A stretch of 64,000 nt of DNA, taken from NCBI GenBank assembly GCA_963783575.1, contig CAWAOD010000011.1, positions 256,001-320,000 on the forward strand, given 5' to 3'. The notes beneath the pieces are model-generated. The model did no database searches, was not told the origin of the DNA, and saw nothing but the letters and a program-made list of their open reading frames with translations. Of this stretch, positions 29,692 to 39,456 are shown piece by piece; position 1 is the first letter of the stretch; each line of letters opens with the position of its first letter. The position numbers and the translations under genes were made by a program. Source of the DNA: an uncultured Spirochaetota bacterium (GTDB lineage Bacteria; Spirochaetota; Brevinematia; Brevinematales; JAOACQ01).

Positions 29692-31770
29692 CTATTGTTC
29701 TTCCGCCACCGAAAGTCTTCTTTTCTCATCCATATCAAGGACTTTAACTTTAATCTTATCACCCAGCTTGTATGCATCTCTGGGATTCTTTTTAATAATA
29801 AAGTTGGATCTGTGTAAGAGCGCAGATTGGCCCGGCGCTAGATCTACAAAAACCCCATAATCCTCGATGCGGATAACTGTTCCAATAACGACTTCGCCTT
29901 TCTTAAAACCGTTTACTATACGGTCAATTATATAAGCGGCCTTATCAATCTGGCCTAAATCCTTGGATGAAATCATTACTTTTCCGTCATCTTCAATCGA
30001 AATATTAACCTCAGTTTCTGCCATAATTCTTTTTATTGTTCTGCCTCCCCCTCCGATAACGGAACCGATTTCTTTTTCGGGAATAATCATAGTCTTAATC
30101 TTTGGAGCATTATCGGATAAGGAATCCCTTGGTGATGAGATAGCTTCATTCATTTTATTTAAAATAAATTGTTTGCCTTCCCATGCCTGTTCCAGGGCAT
30201 TTTTCATAATTTCACCAGTTAAACCTATGGTTTTTACATCCATCTGAAAAGCTGTTATGCCTATATCTGTTCCGGCAACCTTAAAATCCATGTCCCCATA
30301 ATGATCCTCAAGCCCCTGAATATCTGATAAGACTTTATATTTCCCGCTTTCCTTATCCCAGACAAGACCCATAGCTATTCCGGCAACAGGCTTTTTAATC
30401 GGGACGCCTGTAGCCATCAGGGCAAGGCTGGAACTGCATACTGTCGCCATTGAAGAAGATCCGTTCGATTCCAGAACCTCCGAAACCATTCGGATCGTGT
30501 AAGGAAAGACTGATTCATCGGGGAGTACAACCGTAATTGCGCGCTCGGCAAGATGGCCATGACCGATTTCCCTTCTAGAGGTCATCAATGTCTTTTTTAC
30601 CTCGCCGGTACTAAAGGGGGGGAAATTATAGTGGAGCATAAAACGCTTGGGTTCGTCTTCTTCAAGTGTGTCAACATATTGAACATCGCTGGATGAGCCA
30701 AGGGTTACTACTCCAAGGCTCTGAGTTTGACCACGAGTAAAAAGAGCAGAGCCATGAACGCTTTCCAGTACATCCAGTTCAATGGAAATCTGACGGATTT
30801 CATCAGGTTTTCTGCCATCAGGGCGGATTCCTTTTTCAATTATCCCCTTTCTCATAATTTCTATTTCCAGTTCTTCAAGGAACTTATTGGCTTCCGGATA
30901 GACATCGCTGTCTTTATTGATGTCAAAATGTTTCAGGATCGATTCATAAGCTTCGGATATGTTTTTTGACCTTAGCTTTTTATCAGGATTAACACTGTAT
31001 TGTTCAATAAGAGGATAGCCGAATTCTTTAATCCTACTTTTCATTTCTTCCGTCAATAGGGTTTTCGATTCATCAAACTCGATCTTAACAGGCTTAATTT
31101 TATCGACAAGCTCTTCAATTAACTCAATTTCTTCGTTTATGTACTTTTGGGCTATTTCAAGAGCTTTTAAAAGAATCTCTTTATCAACCTCTTTCGCTCC
31201 GCCTTCAACCATAGTCAACCCGCTTTTTGTACCTGCGGCTACTATATCCAGCTGAGAATTGTCAACTTCTATCATCGATGGGTTTACGATAAATTCACCG
31301 TCTTTATAGACAATCCTTACCCCTCCGGCCGGTTCCAGAAAAGGAATGGAGGAAATCGATAAAGCTGCCGATGCACCAATAATGCCAAGGATATCGGTTG
31401 AATATATCTGATCTGCGGATAATGTTGTAGCAATAACCTGTACTTCATTATAAAAATTTTTCGGAAATAACGGTCTGATAGGCCTATCAATCAGCCTTGA
31501 AACCAGAACCTCTTTTTCGCTAGGCTTGCCTTCCCTTTTAATATATCCTCCCGGTATTTTTCCCGCAGCATAAAATTTCTGAATATAATTTACGGTTAAT
31601 GGGAAAAAATCAATCCCCAGAGGAATTTCTTTTGACATACAGGCTGTAACCAGTACCGCGTTCCTGCCATATTTTACTACCACAGCGCCGTCGGCCAGCT
31701 TGGCCATTTTCCCTGTTTCGATAATAATTTCTTTACCGCCAATCTGCCTTGATACGCTTATAAAACTCAT
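29692..31770 (-). CDS. pnp: Polyribonucleotide nucleotidyltransferase
   Basis: RLIDRPIRPLFP, HGSALFTRGQTQ, RREIGHG, ESNGSSSMA, KH and S1 domains. Confidence 0.97.
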   Translation of the reverse strand: MSFISVSRQIGGKEIIIETGKMAKLADGAVVVKYGRNAVLVTACMSKEIPLGIDFFPLTVNYIQKFYAAGKIPGGYIKREGKPSEKEVLVSRLIDRPIRPLFPKNFYNEVQVIATTLSADQIYSTDILGIIGASAALSISSIPFLEPAGGVRIVYKDGEFIVNPSMIEVDNSQLDIVAAGTKSGLTMVEGGAKEVDKEILLKALEIAQKYINEEIELIEELVDKIKPVKIEFDESKTLLTEEMKSRIKEFGYPLIEQYSVNPDKKLRSKNISEAYESILKHFDINKDSDVYPEANKFLEELEIEIMRKGIIEKGIRPDGRKPDEIRQISIELDVLESVHGSALFTRGQTQSLGVVTLGSSSDVQYVDTLEEDEPKRFMLHYNFPPFSTGEVKKTLMTSRREIGHGHLAERAITVVLPDESVFPYTIRMVSEVLESNGSSSMATVCSSSLALMATGVPIKKPVAGIAMGLVWDKESGKYKVLSDIQGLEDHYGDMDFKVAGTDIGITAFQMDVKTIGLTGEIMKNALEQAWEGKQFILNKMNEAISSPRDSLSDNAPKIKTMIIPEKEIGSVIGGGGRTIKRIMAETEVNISIEDDGKVMISSKDLGQIDKAAYIIDRIVNGFKKGEVVIGTVIRIEDYGVFVDLAPGQSALLHRSNFIIKKNPRDAYKLGDKIKVKVLDMDEKRRLSVAEEQ

Positions 31771-31895
31771 ATTTTCTCCTTATAAAACTCCATTTTCTCT
31801 TTAATCTCTTTAACTTAAATTTTCGAATATTTTTACGGAGTAATTTATGTTAAAAAAACAATTGTCTTTTATCAATAATAGACTTTCTTCAAATA

Positions 31896-31928
31896 ATCTG
31901 ATCCATGATTTTAAATCATGGATCAGAT
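31896..31928 (-). terminator. Hairpin downstream of rpsO
   Basis: Perfect palindrome ATCTGATCCATGATTT-T-AAATCATGGATCAGAT. Confidence 0.6.
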
Positions 31929-31938
31929 ATAAATTGAA

Positions 31939-32205
31939 TTATTTAATTCCAAGCTTTTTGGCCAGGTTATGGTATCTTTCAGGACTCACTTTCTGCAAGT
32001 AACGGAGCAGCCTGCGCCTTCTGCCTATCAAACGCATTAATCCTCTTTTTGAGTTATTGTCTTTTTTAAATACTTTAAAATGCTCTGTTAAATGTGCTAT
32101 TTTCTGGCTCATAATGGCTATTTGAACTTCAGTAGAACCCGTATCTTTTTCATGCTTGGCATATTCCTGTATTACGGTCTTTTTTTCCGCTCTCGTTAAC
32201 GGCAT
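31939..32205 (-). CDS. rpsO: 30S ribosomal protein S15
   Basis: DTGSTEVQIA, KDNNSKRGL, RRRLLRYL. Confidence 0.97.
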   Translation of the reverse strand: MPLTRAEKKTVIQEYAKHEKDTGSTEVQIAIMSQKIAHLTEHFKVFKKDNNSKRGLMRLIGRRRRLLRYLQKVSPERYHNLAKKLGIK

Positions 32206-32207
32206 AT

Positions 32208-33182
32208 CTATGTTCCTCCAATAATAATATTCCAGATTTTATAAAAATCAGGCGGTATTTTATAGCTTTTATGAAGATTTAAAACCATCTCCTTATCATT
32301 ATAAAGGTATTTTTGTAATTCTTCAAGATTATTAAACTTATTTTCTTTTCTAACCCGTTGAATGAAAAAAATAGCAAAGGTATCGCCATTTAACGGTCCG
32401 TTATAATTTATAATGTTTGTTTCTATCCTAAGTTGATTGTCCGGAAAAGTCGGCCTGTTTCCGATATAAGTCATTGCCGGATAAAAACTACAGTTAATAA
32501 ATGTTAAAGTATAATATACCCCGTTTTGCGGCAATATCTGATTATTTTTTGAAAGATTAATGGTCGGAAAACCGATATGCCTCCCAATACCATTGCCTTT
32601 AATGACTTTCGATGAATAAATATAAGGCCTGCCAAGCATTGCTGTTACTGTATTCATTTCTCCCTTTGATATACAATTTCGGATTAAACTGGAGCTGATA
32701 ATTTTAGCTTGATTCATTTCATTATATGATAACTGATCTATTACTTTAACTGAAAATTTGTTCAGGAGCGCTTCTCTCTGGAGAAGTTCTATATTTCCCT
32801 TATTGTCTTTACCGAATCTAAAATTGAATCCTACAAACAGTGAAGGATTATGTATTTTATTCCTGATTAAATTTATAAAATCAAGAGCTTCTATCATCGC
32901 AACTTTTTCAAAATCCAGCAAGAAGATATGTTCCAATCCTGTTTTCTCGATAAATTTTATTTTATAACCATATGGGAATATATAACCGCCGAATTTATCA
33001 GGATATAAAATCTCTATAGGGGATTTTTGAAATGTAATTACAATTGTTGTTTTACCGTTGGCATCATGGATCATGGTATTAATTATCTTCTGATGTCCCA
33101 GGTGTAAACCGTCAAAATTTCCGATAGTGATAAATGCCTCATCCATTTCAGGCAGTTGATCAAGATTCTGATAAATATGCAT
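32208..33182 (-). CDS. ribF: Bifunctional riboflavin kinase/FAD synthetase
   Basis: IGNFDGLHLGHQ, NFRFG, ISSSLIR, GFPTIN, GNRPT. Confidence 0.93.
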   Translation of the reverse strand: MHIYQNLDQLPEMDEAFITIGNFDGLHLGHQKIINTMIHDANGKTTIVITFQKSPIEILYPDKFGGYIFPYGYKIKFIEKTGLEHIFLLDFEKVAMIEALDFINLIRNKIHNPSLFVGFNFRFGKDNKGNIELLQREALLNKFSVKVIDQLSYNEMNQAKIISSSLIRNCISKGEMNTVTAMLGRPYIYSSKVIKGNGIGRHIGFPTINLSKNNQILPQNGVYYTLTFINCSFYPAMTYIGNRPTFPDNQLRIETNIINYNGPLNGDTFAIFFIQRVRKENKFNNLEELQKYLYNDKEMVLNLHKSYKIPPDFYKIWNIIIGGT

Positions 33183-33183
33183 A

Positions 33184-34737
33184 TTAGTCCTTATTCTTAA
33201 AAATTTCATCAAGTTTAAATATTGATGTTAAAATATAATAAATTCCTGAAAATAAGACAAATTCAAGGCATCCGTATAATATAGCGGTAAAAGGCTTAAG
33301 AGCGGAAAGATAAACATGCCTGTGATAAGGATAAATAATGGATACAGCAATTACCGATATCAGAAAAAATTCAATAATTTTAAGCGACAATTTTTTATAT
33401 AAAGGCCTGACTTTGATAATTTTTCGAAGCTGAATCAGATAAAAGACAAAGATCATCCAGGAGGCTATTACGTCGCCCAGAAAAACGCCATAAAAACCGA
33501 TCGATGGGATTAAGGAACTGAAATAAAATACGAAACTGAAAATAAATACTACAATATTTGCCCTTAAAGGGATCTTTGCATTATGTATCGAATAAAATAT
33601 CCGTTCAAAGATTACGGTGCAGGACATCGGAAACAAAGCTATTGAATAAAGCGAATTGGCAGTATATGTTTTCTGAAGTAATTCCCCATATTTTCCGGTA
33701 TTTCCTGTTAAAAGGCGCATGGTGTCCCTGAATGTTACATTCACAATAGTATCCGGATAAATTATAAAAAAAAGAGCCACAGGAATGATGAAGTAGAATA
33801 AAAGAGTAAAACTTTCAGTCAGGGCTTTTTCAAAGTTCTCGTTTTCTTTTTTTGCGTTAAATCTGGACAAAAGCGGAAGAAGTACTGTTCCGATTGCAAT
33901 TCCAATTATTCCGAGAGGCGCCTCAATAATGGTTATGATGTTAAAAAATACAATCGAAGCCCCTTTGAAAAAAGACAAAAATATTGTCGTGGTAAGGTTT
34001 TTTACAGTCAGGACTGCCATATTTATAGATGTAGGGATGAATAGATTGAAAAAGCTCTTAAGACTTTCATCTTTTAAATTCAGGTAAAATTTGTATTTAA
34101 ATTTAATCTTATAAAGTTCTATGAGTTCGAATAAAAACATGCCAAGACCGCCTGCTGCCACTCCGACGGCCAGTGAATAAACGCCGATCTTCCGGCCTAA
34201 AACCAGGGGACTCAGTACAAACATTATATTGAATAACACCGGTGCAAAAGCCGGAGTTGAAAACCTTTTATGCGAATTTAAAATGCCCATACCAAGTGAG
34301 AACAGAAATATGAATATTGTAAAAGGCATCATAATCATAATCATAATGATTGACTGCTTAAGCTCGACAGTGCCTTTTTTAAATCCGGGAACAAGCGGAG
34401 GGTAGTAAAAAGGGGCCAGCAAAATGCCGGCAACTGTCAATAATGTGGAAAGGATTAAAAAAAGATTGAGGACATTATTGGCGAATAAAGCTGAAGATTC
34501 TTTACTGTCGGAATCCAGTTTTTTTTTATATACAGGTATGAAAGCATTGCTGAACGCGCCTTCACCGATATACCTGCGTAGAGTGTTTGTAATTCTGAAG
34601 GCCAGAACAAATGGGTCTGCGCTTGCTCCAAAAAGATAGCTGATCAGCGGATTCTTTAAGATACCGGTAACCCTGGAAAAAAAAGTCCCGATGGAATTTA
34701 TCAAAGTATGCCGGTAAGATATAAGTCTATTAGCCAT
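33184..34737 (-). CDS. murJ: Lipid II flippase MurJ (MviN)
   Basis: SRVTG, AFRI.N.LRR..GEGAFSNAFIP, PLGIIGIAIGTVLLP. Confidence 0.9.
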   Translation of the reverse strand: MANRLISYRHTLINSIGTFFSRVTGILKNPLISYLFGASADPFVLAFRITNTLRRYIGEGAFSNAFIPVYKKKLDSDSKESSALFANNVLNLFLILSTLLTVAGILLAPFYYPPLVPGFKKGTVELKQSIIMIMIMMPFTIFIFLFSLGMGILNSHKRFSTPAFAPVLFNIMFVLSPLVLGRKIGVYSLAVGVAAGGLGMFLFELIELYKIKFKYKFYLNLKDESLKSFFNLFIPTSINMAVLTVKNLTTTIFLSFFKGASIVFFNIITIIEAPLGIIGIAIGTVLLPLLSRFNAKKENENFEKALTESFTLLFYFIIPVALFFIIYPDTIVNVTFRDTMRLLTGNTGKYGELLQKTYTANSLYSIALFPMSCTVIFERIFYSIHNAKIPLRANIVVFIFSFVFYFSSLIPSIGFYGVFLGDVIASWMIFVFYLIQLRKIIKVRPLYKKLSLKIIEFFLISVIAVSIIYPYHRHVYLSALKPFTAILYGCLEFVLFSGIYYILTSIFKLDEIFKNKD

Positions 34738-34748
34738 AAATTCCCGTA

Positions 34749-35958
34749 TTAATCAAAAAGAAATTCAAGCTTGAATGCCCAGTATGAATAACCTGCGCCG
34801 TCACGCATCTGGTAAATGCTGGACGGAGCGGCGACAGGATTATTATCCTTATCATTTACAGTATTATTTCCCGCTTTATAGGGTGATGTAATACTTCCGA
34901 ATGTAAAACTTCTTGTGGCGCTGGGACCCCCATTCCAGTTTAAATACCAGTGTTCTTGTAAGGTGCAGCCCGGCCTCAATATTTAATCTGAAACCGTTCT
35001 GCGTAAAGGGATATGAATAAAGCGTAGAATTATTGGTCAATGAATAATTAAAATTACCCCAGCTGAATCCATAACCGACTCCGGCACCAAGCATGAAATA
35101 TTTGGTTGTAATAAAATTCCATAAGAATGACGGATATAGCGTAAACATACTTATTGATGTTTCACTATCGAGATTGCCGGCTATAAAGTCTCCGCCTATG
35201 ACAAACTGGAAAAAGCCCTCGCCGGGGAATTTAAAAGCTCCTTTAAACGCATAAATGTTATTTGTAAATTGAATGGTGGAATTATTTTGAGGCTTTACGG
35301 ATGTAAACATATACCCCAATTCGAAGGCTGAATAAGATGCGGGTTTCCAGGCTTCAGGCTTATTGACTTTTGCCGGGGTATTTTCAGAATTAACCGGATT
35401 TACCGGCTGTATTTTATTATTTGTTGTATTTATTCCGGATTGTTCCTGTTTATAAGGAGGAACATTTTCACCCTTTGTTTTTTTTACCAGTCTGTCCGCG
35501 GCGTCAGGAAGTATATCCATAAGGCCTGTTTTATCCGCTGTTTCAAGCTTATCTGCAAAAACGATCTCCGCGGTTGTCGTATCTATGCCTTTAATATTTA
35601 TTATATATTTTCCTTCATATAATGAAATTTTGCCGACTATGATTTTTGAGGCACCGGCAAGGTTCCCGACTTTTGCGGCGTCGGCCTCGGTCAGGCCGGA
35701 TAACTGAAGCTTTTGTTCTTCAATAATTTTTGCAAGCTGCGTTCTTTCAACCAGAGTGAAATCTTTATTCTGGATATTGACCAATTCCGTTTGAAAGGAT
35801 TCCGTCAATGTTTCGGTATCAAGACTGCTGTCTCCGATGGCTTCAAAAGTTAAAACAGCCATTTTATATTTATTTGTAGCGCCTGTTTCTGCGCTGAAAA
35901 CAGAATTTGATACTGAAATCAACAATATTGAACCCAGTAACAGGAGCCGCCATTTCAT
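34749..35958 (-). pseudogene. Exported CsgG/FlgO-like domain plus putative beta-barrel protein, frameshifted at the G5 run (34927-34931)
   Basis: LVERTQLAKIIEEQKLQLSG CsgG-like motif. The other frame continues GPSATR...YWAFKLEFLFD, a barrel-like C-terminus. Confidence 0.65.
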
Positions 35959-36091
35959 AATAAAACCTCCACACCGGAAAGATCAATCAATAATTGCACA
36001 TGTATTATACTTCCAAAAAATCGCTATTTCAATGTACTGTATAAAATTCTTTTATAAAAAATTCCTTTATAAAAATTCTTTATCAAGAATT

Positions 36092-36973
36092 CTATTTATT
36101 TAATAAGGCCTTTATTTTTAAAATATCTCTGAGCTTTTGTTCATTTTCTTTCTTCATCGGGCAAAGTGGAAGTCTGAATTCAAGATTGTCAATCAATCCC
36201 ATCATAAAGGACGCAGTTTTAACAGGAATAGGGTTTGTTTCAATAAACATAATCCTGTGGACAGGCATTGTTTCAATATGAAGCCTTCTGGCTTTTTCAT
36301 AATCGCCGTTTTCATAAGCTTTAAACATTTCGCTTAATTCTGCAGGTAAAATATTTGCCGTAACTGATATTGCACCGACAGCACCGATTGATAACAGAGG
36401 AAGATTTGTAAAATCATCTCCGGAAAGAAGTATAAATCCGGATTTGGCATTTTCCATAATTTCCGCTGCCTGCTTCAAATCGCCTGTTGCTTCTTTCAAT
36501 CCCACAATATTATTTATTTTTGAAAGCCTGCCGGTTGTTTCCGGAAGCATATTTACTCCTGTTCTTCCGGGAACATTATAGAGAATCATAGGAAGATCCG
36601 TTGAATCGGCGATGGCTTTAAAGTGCTGATATAGCCCTTCCTGTGTTGGTTTGTTATAATAAGGAGTTATTGAAAGATGGTAATCTGCTCCGGCGTTTTT
36701 GGCCCCCTTTGCGAGGTCAATCGCCTCCATTGTGGAATTAGACCCGGTACCTGCAATAACCGGGATTCTTTTATTTACCTTGCTAACAACAAAACGGATT
36801 AAATCGATATGCTCCTTGTGATTAAGGGTAGCCGATTCCCCGGTGGTCCCGCATGGAACTATTCCGTCAGTACCCTTTAGAATATGGTATTCTATAAGTT
36901 TTTCAAGCCCTTCATAATCCACTTTATTATTGTTAAACGGAGTTATTAGTGCTACCATTGATCCTTTTAACAT
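36092..36973 (-). CDS. dapA: 4-hydroxy-tetrahydrodipicolinate synthase
   Basis: GTTGESATL, PYYNKPTQ, YNVPGRTG, KEATG, ETNPIPVK. Confidence 0.97.
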   Translation of the reverse strand: MLKGSMVALITPFNNNKVDYEGLEKLIEYHILKGTDGIVPCGTTGESATLNHKEHIDLIRFVVSKVNKRIPVIAGTGSNSTMEAIDLAKGAKNAGADYHLSITPYYNKPTQEGLYQHFKAIADSTDLPMILYNVPGRTGVNMLPETTGRLSKINNIVGLKEATGDLKQAAEIMENAKSGFILLSGDDFTNLPLLSIGAVGAISVTANILPAELSEMFKAYENGDYEKARRLHIETMPVHRIMFIETNPIPVKTASFMMGLIDNLEFRLPLCPMKKENEQKLRDILKIKALLNK

Positions 36974-37032
36974 AACAACCTCCAGAAAGTATATGTTGTG
37001 TTTAGACATATGCTTTATGCTTTTGAAGAAAA

Positions 37033-37061
37033 ATTATAAAAGATATTGAGATTATAGTCAA
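37033..37061 (-). promoter_or_regulatory. Sigma70-type promoter for dapA
   Basis: TTGACT-17 nt-TATAAT. Confidence 0.65.
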
Positions 37062-37095
37062 GGAAGCGTTTTGCTTCCAGAGGAAGCGTTTTGCT
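37061..37095. repeat. Direct repeat AGGAAGCGTTTTGCT x2 (20-bp period)
   Basis: Exact 15-mer at 37061 and 37081. Confidence 0.85.
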
Positions 37096-37142
37096 CACCC
37101 TCAAGTTGAATCGTGGAAATTTGGGCTTAATTACAATTAATC

Positions 37143-37171
37143 TTGACAGAATAAATTCCAGCTCATAAAAT
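37143..37171 (+). promoter_or_regulatory. Sigma70-type promoter for lysA
   Basis: TTGACA-17 nt-TAAAAT. Confidence 0.65.
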
Positions 37172-37215
37172 AAAGTTAAAGTATTTCTTTGCACTTAACA
37201 AATTGGAGGATTTGC

Positions 37216-38478
37216 ATGCAGTCTATCTCGGTAAAGAATAACGAGCTTATTATAGGTGGAATTTCGGCAAGGGAATTAGTGGCTGAATTCGGGAGTCCCT
37301 TATATGTATATGATGAGTCCATAATTATTGAAAAATATCAAAAACTTTATAATTCCATAAATTATGATAAAAAAAGGATACATTATGCCATGAAAGCGAA
37401 CAGCAATCTTCGTTTTTTACAGGTATTGGAAAAAGAGGGGAGCTTTATCGATGCAGTATCGAAAGAAGAAGCCCTGATTGCATTAAAAGCCGGTTTTTCA
37501 CCGGACAGGGTATTGTTTACAACTGCAAATTTAACCCTGGAAGAGATGAGGTTTGCCGTTGAAAATAAGATAATTATAAATATAGGATCGTTATACAACT
37601 TACAAATCTATGCTGAAAATTTTAAAGGTACATCCATGTCAATCAGAATTAACCCTGATTTTGGCGCCGGTCATCACAGCCATGTTGTAACAGGGGGAAG
37701 AAACAGTAAATTCGGAATTTTTTACGATGAAATTAATCCGATTGATTTGATTGAAACCAAAAAGATCATAAAAGATTTTAATCTAAAATTAACCGGTGTG
37801 CATGCCCATATCGGCTCCGGTATTCTGGAAGTAGAAAAATATGTTGAATTGATGGAGATAATTCTTAAATTAGCCGGAGGTTTTCCCGGACTTGAATTTA
37901 TAGATGTCGGAGGTGGAATTGGCGTGCCTTACCGTCCGGAAGAAAAGGATTTTGATCTTGTGAAATTGGGCATATTTATTGGAGATATGATGAGTTCTTT
38001 TACCAAAAAATATGGAAGCAGGCCTTATCTGGCTCTGGAACCAGGGAAATTTCTTTCCGCCGAATCAGGCTTCCTTCTAACAACAGTCACCGATATAAAA
38101 AATAACCCTAAATTCTCTTTTGCCGGAGTTGACTCTGGTTTTAACCATTTAATCAGACCTATGGCTTACGGTAGCTATCATCATATTATCAATGCCTCCA
38201 GAATTGAGGATGTTAAAAAAAATGTTGTTATTGCCGGTTATCTTTGTGAAAGCGGCGATACTTTTACACGATCTGAAGAAGGGATTGAAGCGAGAGAAAT
38301 TTCAAATCCGCAGCCTGGAGATATTCTTGCCATCCTTAATGCCGGCGCCTACGGTTATTCAATGTCTTCTAACTATAATTCACGCCCGCGTCCCGCCGAA
38401 GTGATGGTCAGGGAAGGAACCGCCAGGCTGGTCCGCCGCAGGGAAAATTTTGAGGATTTAACTGCGACGCAAATTTAA
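37216..38478 (+). CDS. lysA: Diaminopimelate decarboxylase
   Basis: YAMKAN, SKFG, HAHIGSG, EPG, CESGD, GAYGYSMSSNYNSRPRP. Confidence 0.95.
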   Translation: MQSISVKNNELIIGGISARELVAEFGSPLYVYDESIIIEKYQKLYNSINYDKKRIHYAMKANSNLRFLQVLEKEGSFIDAVSKEEALIALKAGFSPDRVLFTTANLTLEEMRFAVENKIIINIGSLYNLQIYAENFKGTSMSIRINPDFGAGHHSHVVTGGRNSKFGIFYDEINPIDLIETKKIIKDFNLKLTGVHAHIGSGILEVEKYVELMEIILKLAGGFPGLEFIDVGGGIGVPYRPEEKDFDLVKLGIFIGDMMSSFTKKYGSRPYLALEPGKFLSAESGFLLTTVTDIKNNPKFSFAGVDSGFNHLIRPMAYGSYHHIINASRIEDVKKNVVIAGYLCESGDTFTRSEEGIEAREISNPQPGDILAILNAGAYGYSMSSNYNSRPRPAEVMVREGTARLVRRRENFEDLTATQI

Positions 38479-38811
38479 TTTAATTTTTTGTTAATATTAT
38501 TAAAATTATGAATTTCTTATTGTTTTTTTTATTAAAATAAGTTAAAATAAATTAATTGAACGAGTTGTTCTTTTTTTTAAATTTCAGGCTTATAATCATT
38601 TCAAAATTTTAGGGCAATATGATGGTACTTTTACTCCATTAAAAGTATCTGCCTAATACAATAAAACTATCATATTGCTTCAATTAATAAATACAAAACT
38701 TCAGAACAGCTGGAATTTTTATTTAATAATTGGAATTAGCGATATTGTATTTAATTAAGAATCTTTCCGATAACAAATACAAAAAAATTTCTATATTTTA
38801 GGAGGAGCGGA

Positions 38812-39273
38812 ATGCGTAAGTTAATTCTGGTATTGTTGTGCGGTTTTTTGTTTACAGGACTTATTTTCGGTAAAACGCAAAAGCATGGAACTGCTAAAGA
38901 GGCAATTGCACTGTCTGAAAAAGGATTGGCCTATTACAAAGAAAATGGACAGGAAAAGGCTTTCCAGGCTTTCAGCGATACCAACGGTCAGTTTGTTCAG
39001 GGGGATTTGTATCTTTTTGTCGTGGATTTCAATGGCTTAGTTTTTGCTCATGGCGGGAATAATGGTCTGATAGGGAAAAATATGATGGAATTAAAAGACC
39101 CTGACGGAAAATTGTTCATCAAAGATTTCATAGAATTGGCCAAAACAAAGGGTAAGGGCTGGGATGATTATAAGTGGACTAATCCTGTAACAAAAAAAAT
39201 CCAGGCTAAATCAACTTATATCGTTAGGTTAGAAGATAAGGATATGTTCATCGGCTGTGGGATTTACAAATAA
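38812..39273 (+). CDS. Stand-alone exported single Cache domain protein
   Basis: Signal peptide; YLFVVD, AHG, KDPDGK, GW.DYKWTNP...KSTY, GCGIY. Confidence 0.85.
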   Translation: MRKLILVLLCGFLFTGLIFGKTQKHGTAKEAIALSEKGLAYYKENGQEKAFQAFSDTNGQFVQGDLYLFVVDFNGLVFAHGGNNGLIGKNMMELKDPDGKLFIKDFIELAKTKGKGWDDYKWTNPVTKKIQAKSTYIVRLEDKDMFIGCGIYK

Positions 39274-39456
39274 ATTTAAATTATTAAGTCTCGAAAATAA
39301 TTTTGATAATTTTTTCTTTATTTTGTATCTAAATTTGGATTTTAATAGACAGGCGGTAATTATTCTTATCTTAAAATGGTTTAGTAAGACATTTTAAGAT
39401 AAGAAAACATCGCCTGTCTTACTTATGCCAGGCATTTATTTTTAAGGGGGGTTTGT

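Noticed and set aside
37061..37095. CRISPR-like repeat
   Set aside because: Only two 15-bp copies with a 5-bp spacer, and no cas genes.
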